A DNA stretch of 63,575 bases, the filler included, from an uncultured virus (IMG/VR IMGVR_UViG_2049941000_000092) (taxonomy: Duplodnaviria; Heunggongvirae; Uroviricota; Caudoviricetes). It is 5 parts of one record of this genome, joined end to end, with 100 filler letters (N's around TTAATTAATTAA, not from the genome) between each part and the next. Parts side by side here need not be neighbours in the genome. Positions count along the whole stretch, not along the records: positions 41,504 to 60,246 come from IMGVR_UViG_2049941000_000092; positions 60,347 to 63,575 come from IMGVR_UViG_2049941000_000092; 3 more parts are not named here. One strand, written 5' to 3'. Both the position numbers and the translations under genes were made by a program. Positions 47,421 through 60,348 of the stretch are shown in pieces (the stretch's first letter is position 1; each line of letters opens with the position of its first letter). The notes under the pieces were generated by a model. It saw only the letters and a program-made list of their open reading frames with translations, did no database searches and was not told where the DNA came from.

Positions 47421-50400
47421 ATGTCAAAAAATGTAATTCTTAAAAAGAAAGGTGAAGCGATATTTCCTATAACCAAGTATGAAAATATATTAAATCCTCC
47501 GGATATAAAAGTGGAAGAGGTGCATGTTGGAGACACCGCTCCAGAACACGCGTCCATGTGGATTGATACTTCGGATAATGTAGGAGATTTGCCTGTTGAC
47601 CAATCTACAATTATTAGATCTATTCAGACAGCTGTATATACATTACAGCAGAAAGTATCGAAACTGATGTTACTAAGAACCAACGGTGTTGTTTCCGGTA
47701 ACCTTACAGACGGTACTCTGACAGAACTAGGCAACAGTACCGAAGCGGTAATTCCATCTATTATTGAAGATGATTATGAAGAATCCGGAGATGTTGAATT
47801 TCCAGAATACGCTTCGGAAAGTGAGCCTACGGTTAATCATGTGTCTATTAAAATGGGCACATATCAAGAGATACAAAGTAGTAAAAGATTTTTTATTAAC
47901 GGAGAATTAGTATGGTGTACAGATCGTTTATGTATGTACATTTATAATAATGGTAATTTCTACATAGTGGCATCTTCGAATTCTCCCACACCAACTGATG
48001 ACGAAATGGATACTGCAGAACTTCAAAATTATTTAAACAATCTTTCTTCGATTAGTTTTGTACCACTAAACGACGAAAATTCCACATATACTGTTCGTGT
48101 TAATGAATACGGAAATCTAATCGTTTACGATTCAAATAACGATGTTGTACAGGCCGAGCCAACAAGTAACACCATTTACTTCAATAATAGTGGAATGGGA
48201 AGCCTGATTATCAACTCGTTCTATTTAGGTGGGCTGGATACAGACGAACACTCATATCAGCCGTGTTCTCATAACTATGTGGAAATCGCAAATATATCTT
48301 ACGACGATATTAATCTAAACGGTTTACAGTTAATGTATACCTATGATAACAGTAGGTGGTTTAAACTTCCGTTATGGGGTGTTTGCAAAGCTCAATCTAC
48401 ATTCCTAATTCGTGGTGCCCAATGTTCCGTAATGGATGTTAATACGACTCTAATAAAGGTTAAGACATTCGATATGGAATGGCGTGCTGACGGAGAATTA
48501 ATCAAATTTGATAGAAATAATCAATGTGCCACATTCTATCTGTGCTGATATGATATTGAATCTGGCAAAATTTATGTAAGAGATACGTCCGGTGGAACAT
48601 CCAATCCTATGAAGGATTATCCGGAATCTGCACTGGACTTAATTAATACTGATGAAAACGCGCCTTCTGTTGCTCGCGGTTACGTTGATTTAGCAGGCGT
48701 TGGTAATGGAGCGAGCATAGCTGAAAAGAATAAGTATGTTCCTACCAGCGGCATTACTCCGTATACCCTATTCAAGAGAAACTATACTCTTGATCCGGTA
48801 TCTCAATCTAACGCTAAATCAATTGATAAACGAAACAACAAGAAATTTTGGAAAGATATCGATATGTCTAAGGAGGTATTCGACAATATCGTCGACTTTA
48901 CTCCAAAGGCTAGTTTTGAAAATAAGAACGCTTCTTTCGATAAGCATAACTTCTTAGAGGATCGCCCGAATACACTAACTTGTTCCTTTGGTATCCAGGC
49001 TACTGATAATACTGGTTCGGGTGGCAATGGTGCTACACGATGCTTTAACTGGAACTCGGTTGGATACTATGACGAATTCCTGTGGTATAAGAAATCTACA
49101 GACGCCGATTGGTCATGCGTCGAATCTTATAAGGAAGGTGTCGATTATACTGCTGCAACCGGCCTGAATCGCCCTACTGATCCTGAATGTATCAAACTCG
49201 GCCTATCCGAATATTACACTCGTATTAGATGGGAGACTTATTATGGTGCTGCTATAACAACTCACAAAGTGATGATTGCTGGTTTGACTGCTGGTACATA
49301 TAGTTTCAAGGTTGGCAGAAAGAACGCTTCTGGAGAAGTTAGCGATTATGTGAGTAAGACCAGAACGTTTGTTGTTCGTGCTGATAATGATGTGCAATCG
49401 TTTGACTTCATTCAGACGACTGATCAACAAGGTGCAAACTGGGAAGAATATCAAGTATGGGATCTGTCGGCAGATTATATCAATAGAAACGAGCGTGTTG
49501 GACAGACACCTGTGGTCGCACAAGGCGATCCCACCCCTTCTGCAAACGAACACGATTTTGACTTTACTATCAATACTGGCGACATCACCTATAACGGTTC
49601 CCGTCCGAATGAATGGATTGACTACTATAGAGGATATTCTTATCTTGATGATAAAGAGGAAATGCTGACGCTTGGCAATAATGACCTTGCTCCAGTTCCG
49701 GAAAATCCTAATGACGTATCTAATCCTGAATTACTTGGAATGACGTTACTAGGAAATGGTTCCGAAACTCCTTATAAAGTAAATCATGTTGTTGCAGATC
49801 TGTTCTATACTCAGGAAATGGATTACAATAATCCTCCTATTTTCGAAGGCACATCTGTTGTCAGTGGTGCTACAAAGACGTATAAGGTTCCTTCGCTGTA
49901 TTCATTCAACTACGGCCCTTATCACTTCATAAGCCTCAACTCTGAGATTAGAACTATGCCGGACGACCCTTCGAAGATTACTACGCTACGTGGTGAATTT
50001 GGTGTAGAAGATCAGGCCAACGGCGCAAGACGTTCCGTTATTTATGATCAAATTGAGGATTGGATGGTTAGAGATCTTCTTATCTGGAAACAAGGTTCTG
50101 TTCCCGCAGAATATGACAGATATACTCCTCAGAATTGCCAGAAAGCAATCGTATACTGCCATGAAATGCCATTCACTATTACTGCTGAAGCTACATATGA
50201 AGAATATGTCGATCCTACTAAGGAAGGTACTATCTGGCGTGAAAAAGCAAAGGCCAACCTCAACCTAAGACATAATTTCGAATTCCAGAGACTATTTAAG
50301 ATTTGGAATATCCGTCTTGTTTTCGGTGGACATAAGCACACGTGCTCAATTTCCTATCCAATTTACGACGCTCCTACGGCATATGTTCCTTATTCTGATA

Positions 50401-50987
50401 CTCCTCAGGATTTAATGGGAGATCTGTCAAACAAGGATACGTTTAATCCTATTATCCAGGTGCTTAGAACGTCCAACGAAACTACTCACGGACTAAACGA
50501 TAAACTTTCTTATCTGCTTACTAACTTTAGCGATAAGCGCGGTAATATCTTCAATTCGACAAATACAGCCGTTACTATCGGAAGTACAACGTTTGACGCA
50601 CAATCAACAAACACTTCCGCTAATGGACGACCTCTGGTTCGTGCGGAAATTGTTGATGCTGTTACAGCTCCTACGTATGTAATGTGTCAGGCAACAGGAT
50701 TTAAGAATCTGTCTAACTCCGATACTTCTGCAGATACAGATTACTGCCAGTGACTACGTAATCTTGTTCCGCTGGGTGGTTCTGCACAGTGGTATCCATT
50801 CTATACTCGCTTTAGAATAACGCCTACTCGCATCTATGTAAATATGGAACGCGTTGGCGGACTTTATACGCCGAGTTCCAAAGCAGACTTCTGAAATATT
50901 AGTAGAGATATGCCAAATGGTCATGATGCAAAGATGAGTAATGTATATCGTTATCATTGGGCAAGTTGTGAAATTCCATTAGATTAA
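47421..50987 (+). CDS. 1188-aa protein with purple-acid-phosphatase-like metallophosphoesterase, code 4
   Basis: Gap-free with 3 TGA; THKVMIAGLTAGTYSFKVG (FN3-like), TDQQG, NTGDIT, GNNDL, HEMPF, GGHKHT. Confidence 0.85.
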
Positions 50988-50991
50988 TTAT

Positions 50992-53900
50992 ATGGCCATA
51001 ATTAAAAAGAAAAATCCAGAGACTGGGCAATGAGTCCCTTGGGCTGCTAGTTCAGCCTCTGGAATTTATTCTATAAATCCTTTACTTTTAGAGAATTCGG
51101 AACAATATGTAACTGTGGATCAAGCACTTGTTCGTAACAAAGAAGATATCGAACTGCTTAAGAAAAATGTTGCATGACTAGCATTGCACGGAGGTGGTGG
51201 CTCCGGTGGCGGCGGTGGAAGTTCCGAAGTAGAAAATTCAATCGAATTTATAAACAACGGTGATGTTGTAACATCTATATTATGGACAGAGAATTCCAAA
51301 TCAGTAGATTACAGNNNNNNNNNNNNNNNNNNNNNNNNNNNNNNNNNNNNNNNNNNNNNNNNACTATCATCGAAAACATCTACCAGATTTACCGTTACCG
51401 TCTTGCTTGACGGTACGCAGATTTGGTCTGGTACTGGTCTACAGCCTTCTGCGACTAATGTAAGAAGTGTTCAGATTCGTAACATTAACGCCTATTCTTC
51501 AAATGCGATTCACCGGCTCAGAATAATTGCCACCGATGCATTTGGAAACGAAATCTATGCAGACTGCACAATCGCAGAATTATCTGTAAAGATTCTTGTT
51601 CCAAACTCCATCAATGTTAATCGAACGGACTTTGAAACTTCTGGATTGAATGTATCTTATAGTGCTAGCGAAATTGGCATATATAATTTATATTATAGCC
51701 GTGATAAAGACCTGTATAAGAATTTATCCTTAGCGGAAGGTGTTGTGGAATTAAATATTCCGACAACAAGTATGTTGGATTATACGATTCCTTATACAGA
51801 ACTATTACATAACGTACAAACTATTGCCACAGGACAGACGTTCGATCTGTATTTCATACTTGTTAATGCTTCGGATAGTGTGCTACACTCTGAACAGGTA
51901 AACTCTACAATATTAATTGTGAGTCCTGATAATATCGCGGTTGCTAAGGTTAGCCTTTCTACAGACATATCCAATCCAGCCGTAGTCTCGAGGAGTAGTG
52001 TGTTATATGCTAACTTTATCGCATATCTCGCAGGAGGTAGTGCTTTCTATAGATATAACATCGGTGCTCAGGAAATCGAACTTAGTGGAGAGGAATGAAT
52101 TAATGTCGGAGAACCTTATACGATAATTACGGACGGACGTGGTGAATATGGACGAACAACGGTTGTTCAGTATAATGAGTTTCCGAGTGTTTCTTGATTT
52201 AGAAGAAATGCGTATTATAGAATTACAACTTCTGTAACAGACGTCNNNNNNNNNNAAACAGGCTCTCTTGATACTTATATCTTTGTGTCCTCCGGTGCCG
52301 GAGAAACACTTCCTGTCGATGCAGATTATAACAATATCTTCGATTTCTATGTGTTTGGCTCTAACGCTACAATAAACTCTTGGGTATCTACGAACGATTC
52401 GTTCCTATATAACAATGCCGTTCGTACAGTAACTACCGAACTGGAAATGTTCAACATGGGTGGTAAATCTGTCATTACGTCTTCGCACTGTAGATTTTCC
52501 AATAAGGCTCACGGTATCATTCAACCTTCCGTGTTAAATGGTGTATCGCAGAAATGGTTCCCCGAATCAACATCTAATGGTTTGATTTCGGCACAAAGAC
52601 CACAGTTTACGCTGTCCATTTCGTACTATAATGACTTTACACCGGATGATAATCGTACAATACTTAAATTAGGTAACTATGTTCCTGAGAGTTATGAAAA
52701 TGGCGGTGTAGCAACTGGTACTGGTATTCTTATCAATAATCATGATTACTATATACAGTTGGGTGGCTCTTCATCTCGAATCACTGGTAAATTACAAGAT
52801 TCTATATTCCAGCAAATCGATATTGTATTTGGCGAGGTCATTAAGACTACAAATAATGGAACTTCTGTGTTCGTCAAAGTCTATCAGAACGGCGTACTGC
52901 TTCAGACAGTAGAAACTCAGGACNNNNNNNNNNTTTCAGGAATTTTAATCAGATTTTCCTTGGTTGTGATGAAAATCAAGAGAATTACACAAACTTTAAT
53001 CTACAGTCCATAGCGTTATGGAATACTTGTCTGAACCCTTATCAGATTACCTGCAGATGGATTAATAACCTCGCAAGATATAATCTTACTGGCGAGAATA
53101 ACAACGAGCTTAATTACGATATCATCGAAGAGAAGATGCGTTCCAACCTTATTGTTTACGATTCTTCTACAGAAAAATTTAGTTGTGCACTATGAAATAA
53201 CGGTGGATTTAATGACAAACAGTGGATTAATATTTCCAATAATACAATCTCGCTGTCGTCTAACTTGGCTGATGCTGCAAAGATACCTGTCGTGGTTCTT
53301 GACTTCAGTACATCTACAAACTGGACATGAGATAACTTCACGCAGGTTATGTCCGCAAGTGGCAAGATCCCTCCTGCTGAAAATGTAGCAATCTACTATT
53401 TCGTTGATGGCGTAAACGTCCTTCCTGCTGGTACGACATGTACTGTTGAAATTCAGGGTACGACTACTACAGGATACACCATTAAGAACATTGATATTGA
53501 CTTTGGAGAAAACAGACTGTTCTGGGCTAAGAGTGATTGGTTCCCAGAGAGGGTATATACCTTAAAGGCTGATGTTGTTGACTCTGCACACGCTAATAAC
53601 GCTTGTATTGGTAGATTTATTAATAAGTGCGCAGAAGTCGGTATAGTCGATCCTACGCCCGCAATGGAATACTATGACGCTAATAAGTCTTCAAATAACT
53701 TTATAATTCCAAGCACTTGTAATGCGTCTATTAAGCATACATTGGAAGGATTCCCGGTATTGTTAATCTGCAAACGAAACAACAAGAAATTTTGGANNNN
53801 NNNNNNTTCTATTCTGCCGTAACAACCGATGTGCGTTCCCTTGGTATCTATTCATTCAACCTTGGACGTTCGGCATACTTCAACTTAGGTTTTAAGATTC

Positions 53901-54803
53901 TTAATAAGTTTAGAAACATAAGTGGCGACGTTCTTGGTGACAGTAGTTCTGCTCCAATGCTATTAGGTGCTCCTGTAGAATCCACGGATGTCATTGATAT
54001 GAACGCGGAGTCTTGGGAAGGTGCCGACTCTTTGAACTGCGACACCAAGCCTATTGATTACGAACCTACTTCCGAAATGGAACAAGAAATGCCGGTTAGA
54101 CCAACTGGATATTTCTGATCTAGTCTTGAAGGACATATCCGACACTTCTGGAATAATAAATATCCTGGTGGTGCACCAATTGCTGGTTTCCAGGAACTAT
54201 TCCGAGAACTTGTGTTACACCCGTACGCTAAGGGCAATCTAAACCTCAACATCGGTACCTCGTTCAAGGAATATGACTGGAGTGCCGCTCGCGGCTTCTT
54301 CATTCCAGATGGTGCCGAGCCTAAACAGATGGGCCGTGTTGGCGACGGTGGTGCGCAATCTATTAAGTTCAATATCAAGAACGCAAGATTCTATTATATT
54401 GTTTGCTTGCTCGCAGGACTTGTTGATAACCTCGGTAAGAACCTTAATATGCGAACATGGCGTAGAGGATTAGGAAGTTACGTATCTAAATGATTTACTT
54501 CCTTCTACGATATGGATACAGCGTTCGGTATCGATAACGCCGGTTATGAGACTGTCAAACCCGATGTATTTGACGAAACATTGTATAACATCGACGATGT
54601 TCTTGTGAACGGATTTGTAGCCGGAGATGAAACGTCTGATAATATATATACTGTTAAGGATGCTAAATTATGAGGTATCCTCGATTCTACAGAATTCAAA
54701 CGTCAGTATGATGACTTATCTGGTGACTCCTCCTATAATTCCTTATATGCCCAAATGTGGAACGAAATTCGTGAGAAATTAATTCCGAGCGTCGACTCGT
54801 TTA
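50992..54803 (+). CDS. giant virion-type protein, N-terminal half with CotH-kinase-like domain, gapped, code 4
   Basis: IQGTTT..IKNIDI, YTLKADVVDSAHANN, GIYSFNLGR, GLVDNLGKN, [W]FTSFYDMDTAFGIDNAG. Confidence 0.75.
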
Positions 54804-54843
54804 NNNNNNNNNNGTTTAACTCTACTAAAAGGACTAATGTTGT

Positions 54844-55980
54844 ATGAATATTTCTAACGAATTTACAGGGAGTTATGATTCCCTACTCGATGATCCGGTG
54901 GATAACACTGGACAAGAAACAGTAGACTTTAACGCGGCACCAATTGAGCCGCTTCTTCCAGATCAGCCTAGTGATAAAGAGCCTGAACAGGAAGAACCAA
55001 CTGAAAAAGTCGAAGAGACTCCAAGTGAGCCGACAGAACCAGTTAATGCGGAACCTACAAATCCGGAACCTTCTGTCATGGAAAGTTTATTAATGTCTCT
55101 TGGAATCAAAGATCCCACAAAGCTCCAGTTCGAGAATGAGGCTGGAGAGATAGAAGAGCAAGATTTTAACGCTTTGTCGAAAGAGGAACAGCTAAGTGTT
55201 ATTCAGGAACTAACTAATAATCAGTACACTGATTATGAGAAGCAGGTTATCGATATTCTTCGTAAGAATAATACTACGCTCGAAAATCTAATTGCTGCCT
55301 ATCAGCAAAAGGCAATTGAAGCATATCTTGCTGAAAATCCAGAAGCTGTACATCAGAAGTCATATAAAATTGACGATTATTCTGATGACGAATTATATAT
55401 GGCCGATTTATTCGCAAAATTCCCAGATTTTACTGAGGACGAAGTTCGCAGTAAACTTGAATCGGCAAAAACTAATGAGGAACTTTTCAAGAAAGAGGTA
55501 GATGCTCTCCGAGTATACTATAAAGGCGAAGAAGATCGTCAGGCAGAAGCTGCCCAACAGGCAGAACGAATGCAGTATGAAGCGCTTCAGAATTCACTTT
55601 TAGATGCAGTAAATAGGTTTTCTGAGGTTGTTTTAGATACAGACGATCCAGAGAGCGACGCTCTTGAAATTGAGGAGGGAGATAAGGCGGCAATTATGAA
55701 TTACCTTCTTGCTCCAGATAAGGACGGTAGGAGTCAATTTGATAAAGATTTGTCAGATCCTGCAGCTTTAATTGAGTTAGCTTGGCTTCGTACGAACGGA
55801 CGTAGTGTTATCACGGGTATTTCACAATACTGAAAGAAAGCACTTGCAGAAACTCGTAAAGAATTGGCTACGACAAAAAAAGCGTTGGAGAAGTACGCAA
55901 AAAAGAACGACACCGTTGTTGTTAATAAACCCAAATCAGATTTAAACCCTAATCCTAATATATTTGATATGTGGAAATAA
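54844..55980 (+). CDS. acidic scaffold-like protein (crAss capsid-module gene), probably displaced, code 4
   Basis: Acidic Pro/Glu N-terminus, GIKDPTKLQFE, IDDYSDDELY, ISQY[W]KKAL. Confidence 0.7.
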
Positions 55981-56021
55981 TGATTTGGTAACATCTACTA
56001 ATTAATTTTATNNNNNNNNNN

Positions 56022-59000
56022 AAGGAGACGCCACTAAGCCATATTCGCTGAAATCAATTAATCTGAGTAACACTAAGTCACCTAATGTAACATCATTCCC
56101 GTTGAGTTTAACCGCCGTTTCGGATATGATTTATGCGAACCCGTTCGAAAACCTAACGGATATCGATATTACTAACTCTTGTGTTACGAGCGTCAGTCTT
56201 CCGGACGGAGTTTCTCTGTTTACACTGAATGTTGCAGGATCTGCGGTCCGTAACGTAGAACTTAGAGGACAGTCTATTATTGATAATGTTGACTTTACAG
56301 GATGTAGTGCTTTGAACACGTTGGTGCTTAATCAGTGCTCTGTATATCGTAAACTGTCATTAATGAATATGGCATCACTGCAAAATGTCACCGTCAGTGA
56401 ATGTCCTGCGTTAACGGAAATTGAAATCGACTGTAATAAATCTAAGAATAATTTAATTCTGAACGTTTCCGATACTCCGAATCTGACATCCGTGAAGATT
56501 AACGGTTGTTATGGTACGAGCGCACAGATTTCGCTGGCTGGTGCTACACAACTGGAAGAACTTGATTTAAGTGATTGCTACTTCGGTACGGTATATCTTC
56601 CTATTGAGTGTAGAGACACACTGAGAGTGCTTAATTTAAGTGCCTCCAGAATAAAATCTATCACATGGATCACTCCTTCTGGAAGTATAATCACAGACAC
56701 TCTTAATTTAAAGGGTTGCACAGCTCTTGAAAGTTTGAGTTTAGGTTCCAACGTTAGTGTCGAATATGTGCAGTTTGATAATATTGAGGACGAACCTATT
56801 ATTATAAATTCTTCCTTCAGTGGATGTACATCATTAAAACGTGTTTATGGTAATGTTCGAATCAATTGCTCTTCTGCATTTAGCGGATGTTCGCAGTTCT
56901 CGATATTGGGCAGTCCATTGAGCGAAGCTACATTTAATGGAGAGTCTGCAATGGATGGAGACTATATTAAGCACTTTACGGACGATGTTAGTTCCAACGA
57001 AGCAATTCATTTCGAAGCTTACGTGCCCGGTGACGAAGTAACGAACATGACGTTCCAGAATACAACTGCCACAAGTTCCTTTGAGTCTACAAGTTGCACG
57101 AACTTCGACGTTTACTACATTCTCTGNNNNNNNNNNTGGTTTGGCTGATATGTTCAGACATTGTAAGAACGTTGAGTTTACTTGTACCGAAACGGTAGAT
57201 AATTCGCCACATTGAACGATGTTTAACAAGTGCGGAAGAGTTACTACGGTTAATTCCATGTTCTATTCTACTGGAAGCAATAACTTCAGAATATTTACCA
57301 TGTGCTCGTCACACCAAGGACTATTTAGTCCGCTGGCAAGCTGTAAGAATTATGGTACAATATTCTATAGTTCAAGATATATTAGTGATAGACGTGCGTT
57401 TGAAGGACTGAATGGTAGTAATCTTCCAGCAACCACAATTGCATATTTCTCTCCGGTATTGATTGTAGCAAATGTCAACACTTTGGATACAGCAAGCACT
57501 TATGCAAGACTTACTACACCTTCGGATTATTTATTTGGTTCGGGTAATATATCAAATTTCTTCAGGTATATTCCTGGTCTAACTGGAACGATGGATTCTT
57601 TGTTTTATAATACTGCGATAATTGATTACGATACGTTCAGTAAGATTCCCGCGACTGTTACTACCGTGAGAGGTTGCTTTATCAGTACTAATGGAAAGGG
57701 AACCCTTAATGTTCAAAACTTGTTCGAGAATAAGTCTAAGGTTATAAATATATATCATAGCTTTAGAGTATCGAGTTCAAGCAATTCGACAGTAACCATG
57801 CCGATTGACGATCAAACATTCTTCGGATTCAGCAATCTAACAAGAGTTGGATATATTGCTTCTGGTTCCAATGTCGGTTCTGCTACGAATACGGCATTTA
57901 GCGGAAGTGGTATCGTAAAAGTCATCCAGGGTAATGCGTTCCCGTACGATATTATTCGTAATAGTGGTGCTGCAAGAAAACTTGTGATGTTTACGGGATT
58001 CTTTAAGAACGCTTCGTTCGAAAATCCAGTTGGAACGGTTGAGTTACCAGGAACATTGTTCACGGGCTGTTCGAGTCTTGAAAATGTAGAGCACTGTTTC
58101 TACAATTTCAACAATCCTTATCAGTTGACTTCCGACGGTTTTGTTGGAACGAAGCTGAAACAGGCGAGATACTGTTTTGCTTCGGATAACAGCCAACTTA
58201 TCGGCGAGATTCCCAGACGTCTGTTCAATCTTGGTTTTACTACATCTACTCGCACATTACGTGGTACAACCGAGACCTCAAGAACAAAGACGGTTACGTT
58301 TGATAGTCAGAGCGTTATAGGAAACTATCTCGTGCTTACTTCTGCTGCTGGTACGGAAGTTGTTGATGGAGAGACGGTAAATGTTCAATACCGCGATTCC
58401 TACACTTACTGTTCTTTGGAAGACGATGTACTTACATACACGCCGTTGTCCGAAATAACAAGAGAGGTGCAGTATTGGCAGAATAATGATTGGGTAACAG
58501 TTTCCAGTACAACAGAATATGTTGACGACACATGAACCGTCACATCTGTAAGCTACGACATTAGTCTGCCTAAGAACACGATTACCGACTTAACAGGATG
58601 CTTCGCCGGAGTTAACTGTGATCCATATGTATGTCTCGAACCTACTGTGGAAAACAATCCAACCTATTGTCCATATGAATACCTTGTCAGTGGCGGTGTA
58701 TGAACCAGAGCTAATAAGGATGAGAACGATAAGACCTATATGTGGGAATTCGATGGTTGTAATTACATCGATGAAACTGGAAATTCATACCTATCGCTCG
58801 ATGAGTTTACCGAAGAAGATGATGTATTTGCAAGTTGGCATCCTCTGTTTGACAGTAACGCAACACCTGTGCTTAACTTCTGCGCTCCTCCAGATCTACT
58901 TAGATGGTGCACTAGTAACGCATCGGTCGCATATATGTTCACGGGCGCTGGTCATGATACAAACGGTACGTTGAGTTACTCGTCACACTTATCCGGTCCT

Positions 59001-59562
59001 TATGGTCTGAAGGGTAGAATTTGTCCATATATGCTTAAACCGGTTCCAAATACAACTTCCATACAGGAAATGTTCGCTTGATGTACGCATCTATATTCAT
59101 ATAATATTAATGGACAGGCATATTTGATTCCTCCATCATTCTTCTCATATGCGCCAAGGGTTACCAACCTGTCATACGCATTCGAAGGTGTTTCCTTCCT
59201 GAAGAATCCGCAGTTATATGAAGTATTTAGCAAACTTACCGGTNNNNNNNNNNCAGATCTTCTATCATGCTTGATTCGCAGAAGGTTCTGCTAATGATAA
59301 GACTCTCGTAACTAATGTGTTCTCACGTAATAATGTCGCCAATGCTTACGGTGCATTTGCACAGTCTAACATGAAGTCGACACCGAATGAAACAAGAGAC
59401 AATGTATCAAGACAATATGTGGCGTTCAACAATGTCTTCGGTAAATCTACCAACAATAATGAATACTATGTATTTGATGGATACAATCCTAATACTGTAA
59501 CGCACGAGTCGCCTCGTACTGTATCGACGGCAACTTCGCGTCATAACTATCGTACATTCTAA
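56022..59562 (+). CDS. leucine-rich-repeat C-terminal half of the giant protein (likely continues 50992..54803), code 4
   Basis: LxxLxLxxCxxL and FxGCxxL repeats; pieces joined by TGA or short gaps. Confidence 0.75.
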
Positions 59563-60205
59563 TGAGTAAATTAAAACTTTGGATAATTGGTATTTTGATT
59601 GCCACATTCATTGGATTGGGTGTGGCAGTCAAAACCCAATCCGATAAAATTCATGAATTGAACACCGAGCTTTTAGTTACTTCCTTCTACGANNNNNNNN
59701 NNNNNNNNNNNNNNNNNNNNNNNNNNNNNNNNNNNNNNNNNNNNNNNNNNNNNNNNNNNNNNNNNNNNNNNNNNNNNNNNNNNNNNNNNNNNNNNNNNNN
59801 NNNNNNNNNNNNNNNNNNNNNNNNNNNNNNNNNAAAAAGCTGAAAATAAAAGATAAGGAAATAACCGAATTGCAGTATATAGCGTCCTTAACGCAGAAGA
59901 AAGATAGTATCTTTGTTCACGATACAATATTTAAAAAAGGTGTTCTGTTAGACACATTGGTTGGGGATGATTGGAGTACGGTTGCGATTCACGCAGAATA
60001 TCCAAACATTCTAAATGTAGATTATGCGTTTAAGAATTCGACAATTGTGGCGTTCCACGATGAGAAGGTCACCGTCGACCCTCCCAAAAAATGCTGATTA
60101 GCCAGGCTATTTCAAAAGAAACAAATTGTTGTAGAGGCGGACGTTATTCAAGAAAATCCATATTGTGTTCAAAAAGAACAGAAATTTATCAAAATAATTA
60201 AGTAA
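59562..60205 (+). CDS. N-terminal TM protein, putative spanin-like, gapped, code 4
   Basis: TM plus coiled coil; KLKIKDKEI..DPPKKC[W]LARLFQKK..NPY. Confidence 0.6.
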
Positions 60206-60209
60206 AAAT

Positions 60210-60240
60210 TTTGATTTCCAATTTTTTATTTGTATATTTG
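60210..60240 (+). promoter_or_regulatory. Bacteroidota sigma-A promoter
   Basis: TTTG-N19-TATATTTG at the contig end. Confidence 0.7.
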
Positions 60241-60348
60241 CAGCGANNNNNNNNNNNNNNNNNNNNNNNNNNNNNNNNNNNNNNNNNNNNTTAATTAATT
60301 AANNNNNNNNNNNNNNNNNNNNNNNNNNNNNNNNNNNNNNNNNNNNTT

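Noticed and set aside
3667..60302. Repeated palindrome TTAATTAATTAA at 3667, 23857, 41448 and 60291
   Set aside because: Flanked by N runs; an artificial all-frame stop linker joining contigs, so adjacency across it is not evidence
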